This document shows, piece by piece, positions 62,481 to 64,000 of a stretch of DNA of 64,000 nucleotides. The stretch covers positions 620,001-684,000 of the forward strand of contig JAWMAR010000361.1 in assembly GCA_036785375.1 (NCBI GenBank), written 5' to 3'. A program made the position numbers and the translations under genes. Under the pieces are notes generated by a model. It ran no database searches. It saw only the letters and a list, made by a program, of their open reading frames with translations, and was not told the DNA's origin. Position 1 is the stretch's first letter. Every line of letters begins with the position of its first letter. Source of the stretch: Leucoraja ocellata (taxonomy: Eukaryota).

Positions 62481-63751
62481 GTGCTTTGCCCTGACCGACT
62501 GCATTAGTCGTTGCTGCAAAGTTGATAATTTTGTCGATTGGTAATTCTTGAAGCAGTTATGAGCGCCATGTGTCATGTGTGCTAATGAGGGCTCGTTCCT
62601 TACCAGTACCAATGGATGAGTGAACGGGATGGAGACACAAGGATGTGGAGTACAAGCGCTTCAAGAAAGTCACGCACATTCCTTCCACTCGCATCGGACT
62701 TGATCCAATGTGCCCTTAACTTAGCAAAGATACTGTACTTCAACAAATGAACAGGAAAGTTACCTGCAGATTTCTTGGGGGCTTCCGAATGTTGAACATG
62801 AGGGAGAAACTGTTCTTTCAGTGCCTTTACTTTTCGCCTTGTTAATGCACGCTAGCTTGCTCAGTCACCACAGTGACTTTTCTTTCAAGATACTGGGAAA
62901 CTGTAGTGCTCGTTCAACCCTGAGAACGATTCACTTGTTACACATACCTTCCTCACCAAGGCAACGTGGGAATGGCTTCCATCATCCTGCCCATTGTTTT
63001 ACTATTAACCCCGGTCTTTTTGTTCTCCCACTAATAAGGGTTAATAGTGTCGATAGGGATAGTTGGTTTTTTATTCAAAATCAAGAGCTAACCAGATGTT
63101 CCTGCTTACATGGAAATGTTGTGACTGTGTGACAAGGCTGTGCGCCCTCAGTCCATCACTTGTTCCTTTATCGCTGCGAGCCTGCCATTGTATGGCCTGT
63201 CATGGAGGTTCTTGTGACAACAATAATGAATAGAGAGCAAGAATGTCACCAACATCTGATAAAGGTTGTACGGTGAAGCCCTGATTGACTTGCTACACCA
63301 CAAATACACTGGGGAGCTGGTTTAGAGATGCAAAAAGCTGGAGTAACTCAGCCGGTCAAACAGCATCTCTGGAGAAAAGGAATAGGTGATGTTTCGGGTC
63401 GAGACCCATTTTTCAGACTGAGAGTCAGGAGAAAGGGAACCCTTCCCTCAGCACTGGTGCAAAACTGATACCTGGGATTCAACTGCTGTGTAAAACTTTA
63501 AAAAAAAATCACCCACCTTTTATTGTCAAACAAAAAATTAAAATCACAAAAGCATTCAGCTGCCTGAAGTGCAATTTGAATTAGTTGTACTCTTCACCTC
63601 TGAAAATAGTACACTTTGAATGCATCTGTGTCATCTAAATGTTAGTTATACCATGGCCATCAATTCATGGATTCAAGTATTCTCCAACACTGGGTATATT
63701 ATTTAGACTGACAACGTATTACAGTAACCATGTGGCATCAGAACTCATCAT

Positions 63752-64000
63752 GTGTGTGTTTTCACACTTCTATACCGTTTGCCCGATGGGACAGGGGAAA
63801 GAGGGAGCGCTTGGAGGACGAGTCTCACCCTGGCCACTCCTTCTTCTCGCCACTCCTTCTTCTCCCCTCTCCCATCGGGCAAAAGGTATAGGTACACCTC
63901 CAGATTCAGGGGCGGTTTCTTCCCAGCTGTTATCGGGCAACTGAACCATCCTACCAACAACTAGAGAGCAGTTCTGAGGTAGTATCTACGGTCAGTCTAT
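63752..64000 (+). mobile_element. Rex1/Babar-type fragment with 5' inverted duplication
   Basis: LPSGKRYR is encoded on both strands (about 63770-63798 versus 63863-63890). Confidence 0.75.

Overview
Vertebrate genomic DNA, not prokaryotic. The repeat complement (HE1-like V-SINEs, HER1/CR1-clade LINEs) points to a cartilaginous fish, probably a skate or ray. Much of the window is interspersed repeats: tRNA-derived SINEs, 5'-truncated CR1, Rex1/Babar and L1 LINE pieces, PIF/Harbinger and hAT MITEs with clear TSDs, one Gypsy LTR/gag fragment, and many Neptune-type Penelope-like element (PLE) pieces. There are four N-gaps. Three things stand out. (1) The PLE terminal repeat carries a minimal hammerhead-ribozyme core (CUGAAGA-stem II-GAAACGUH). 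It occurs as a family of TSD-flanked solo and fold-back mini-elements, and several junctions and tandem duplications centre on the ribozyme. (2) An unrecognised multi-exon gene candidate lies on the minus strand: six phase-compatible exons give 158 open codons, starting at a CpG-rich E2F/E-box/CRE promoter near 53.6 kb. (3) The Gypsy fragment has a primer-binding site complementary to its own LTR, suggesting self-priming. Most of the supplied ORFs are TE fragments or spurious. All calls were read by eye, so boundaries of old repeats are approximate.
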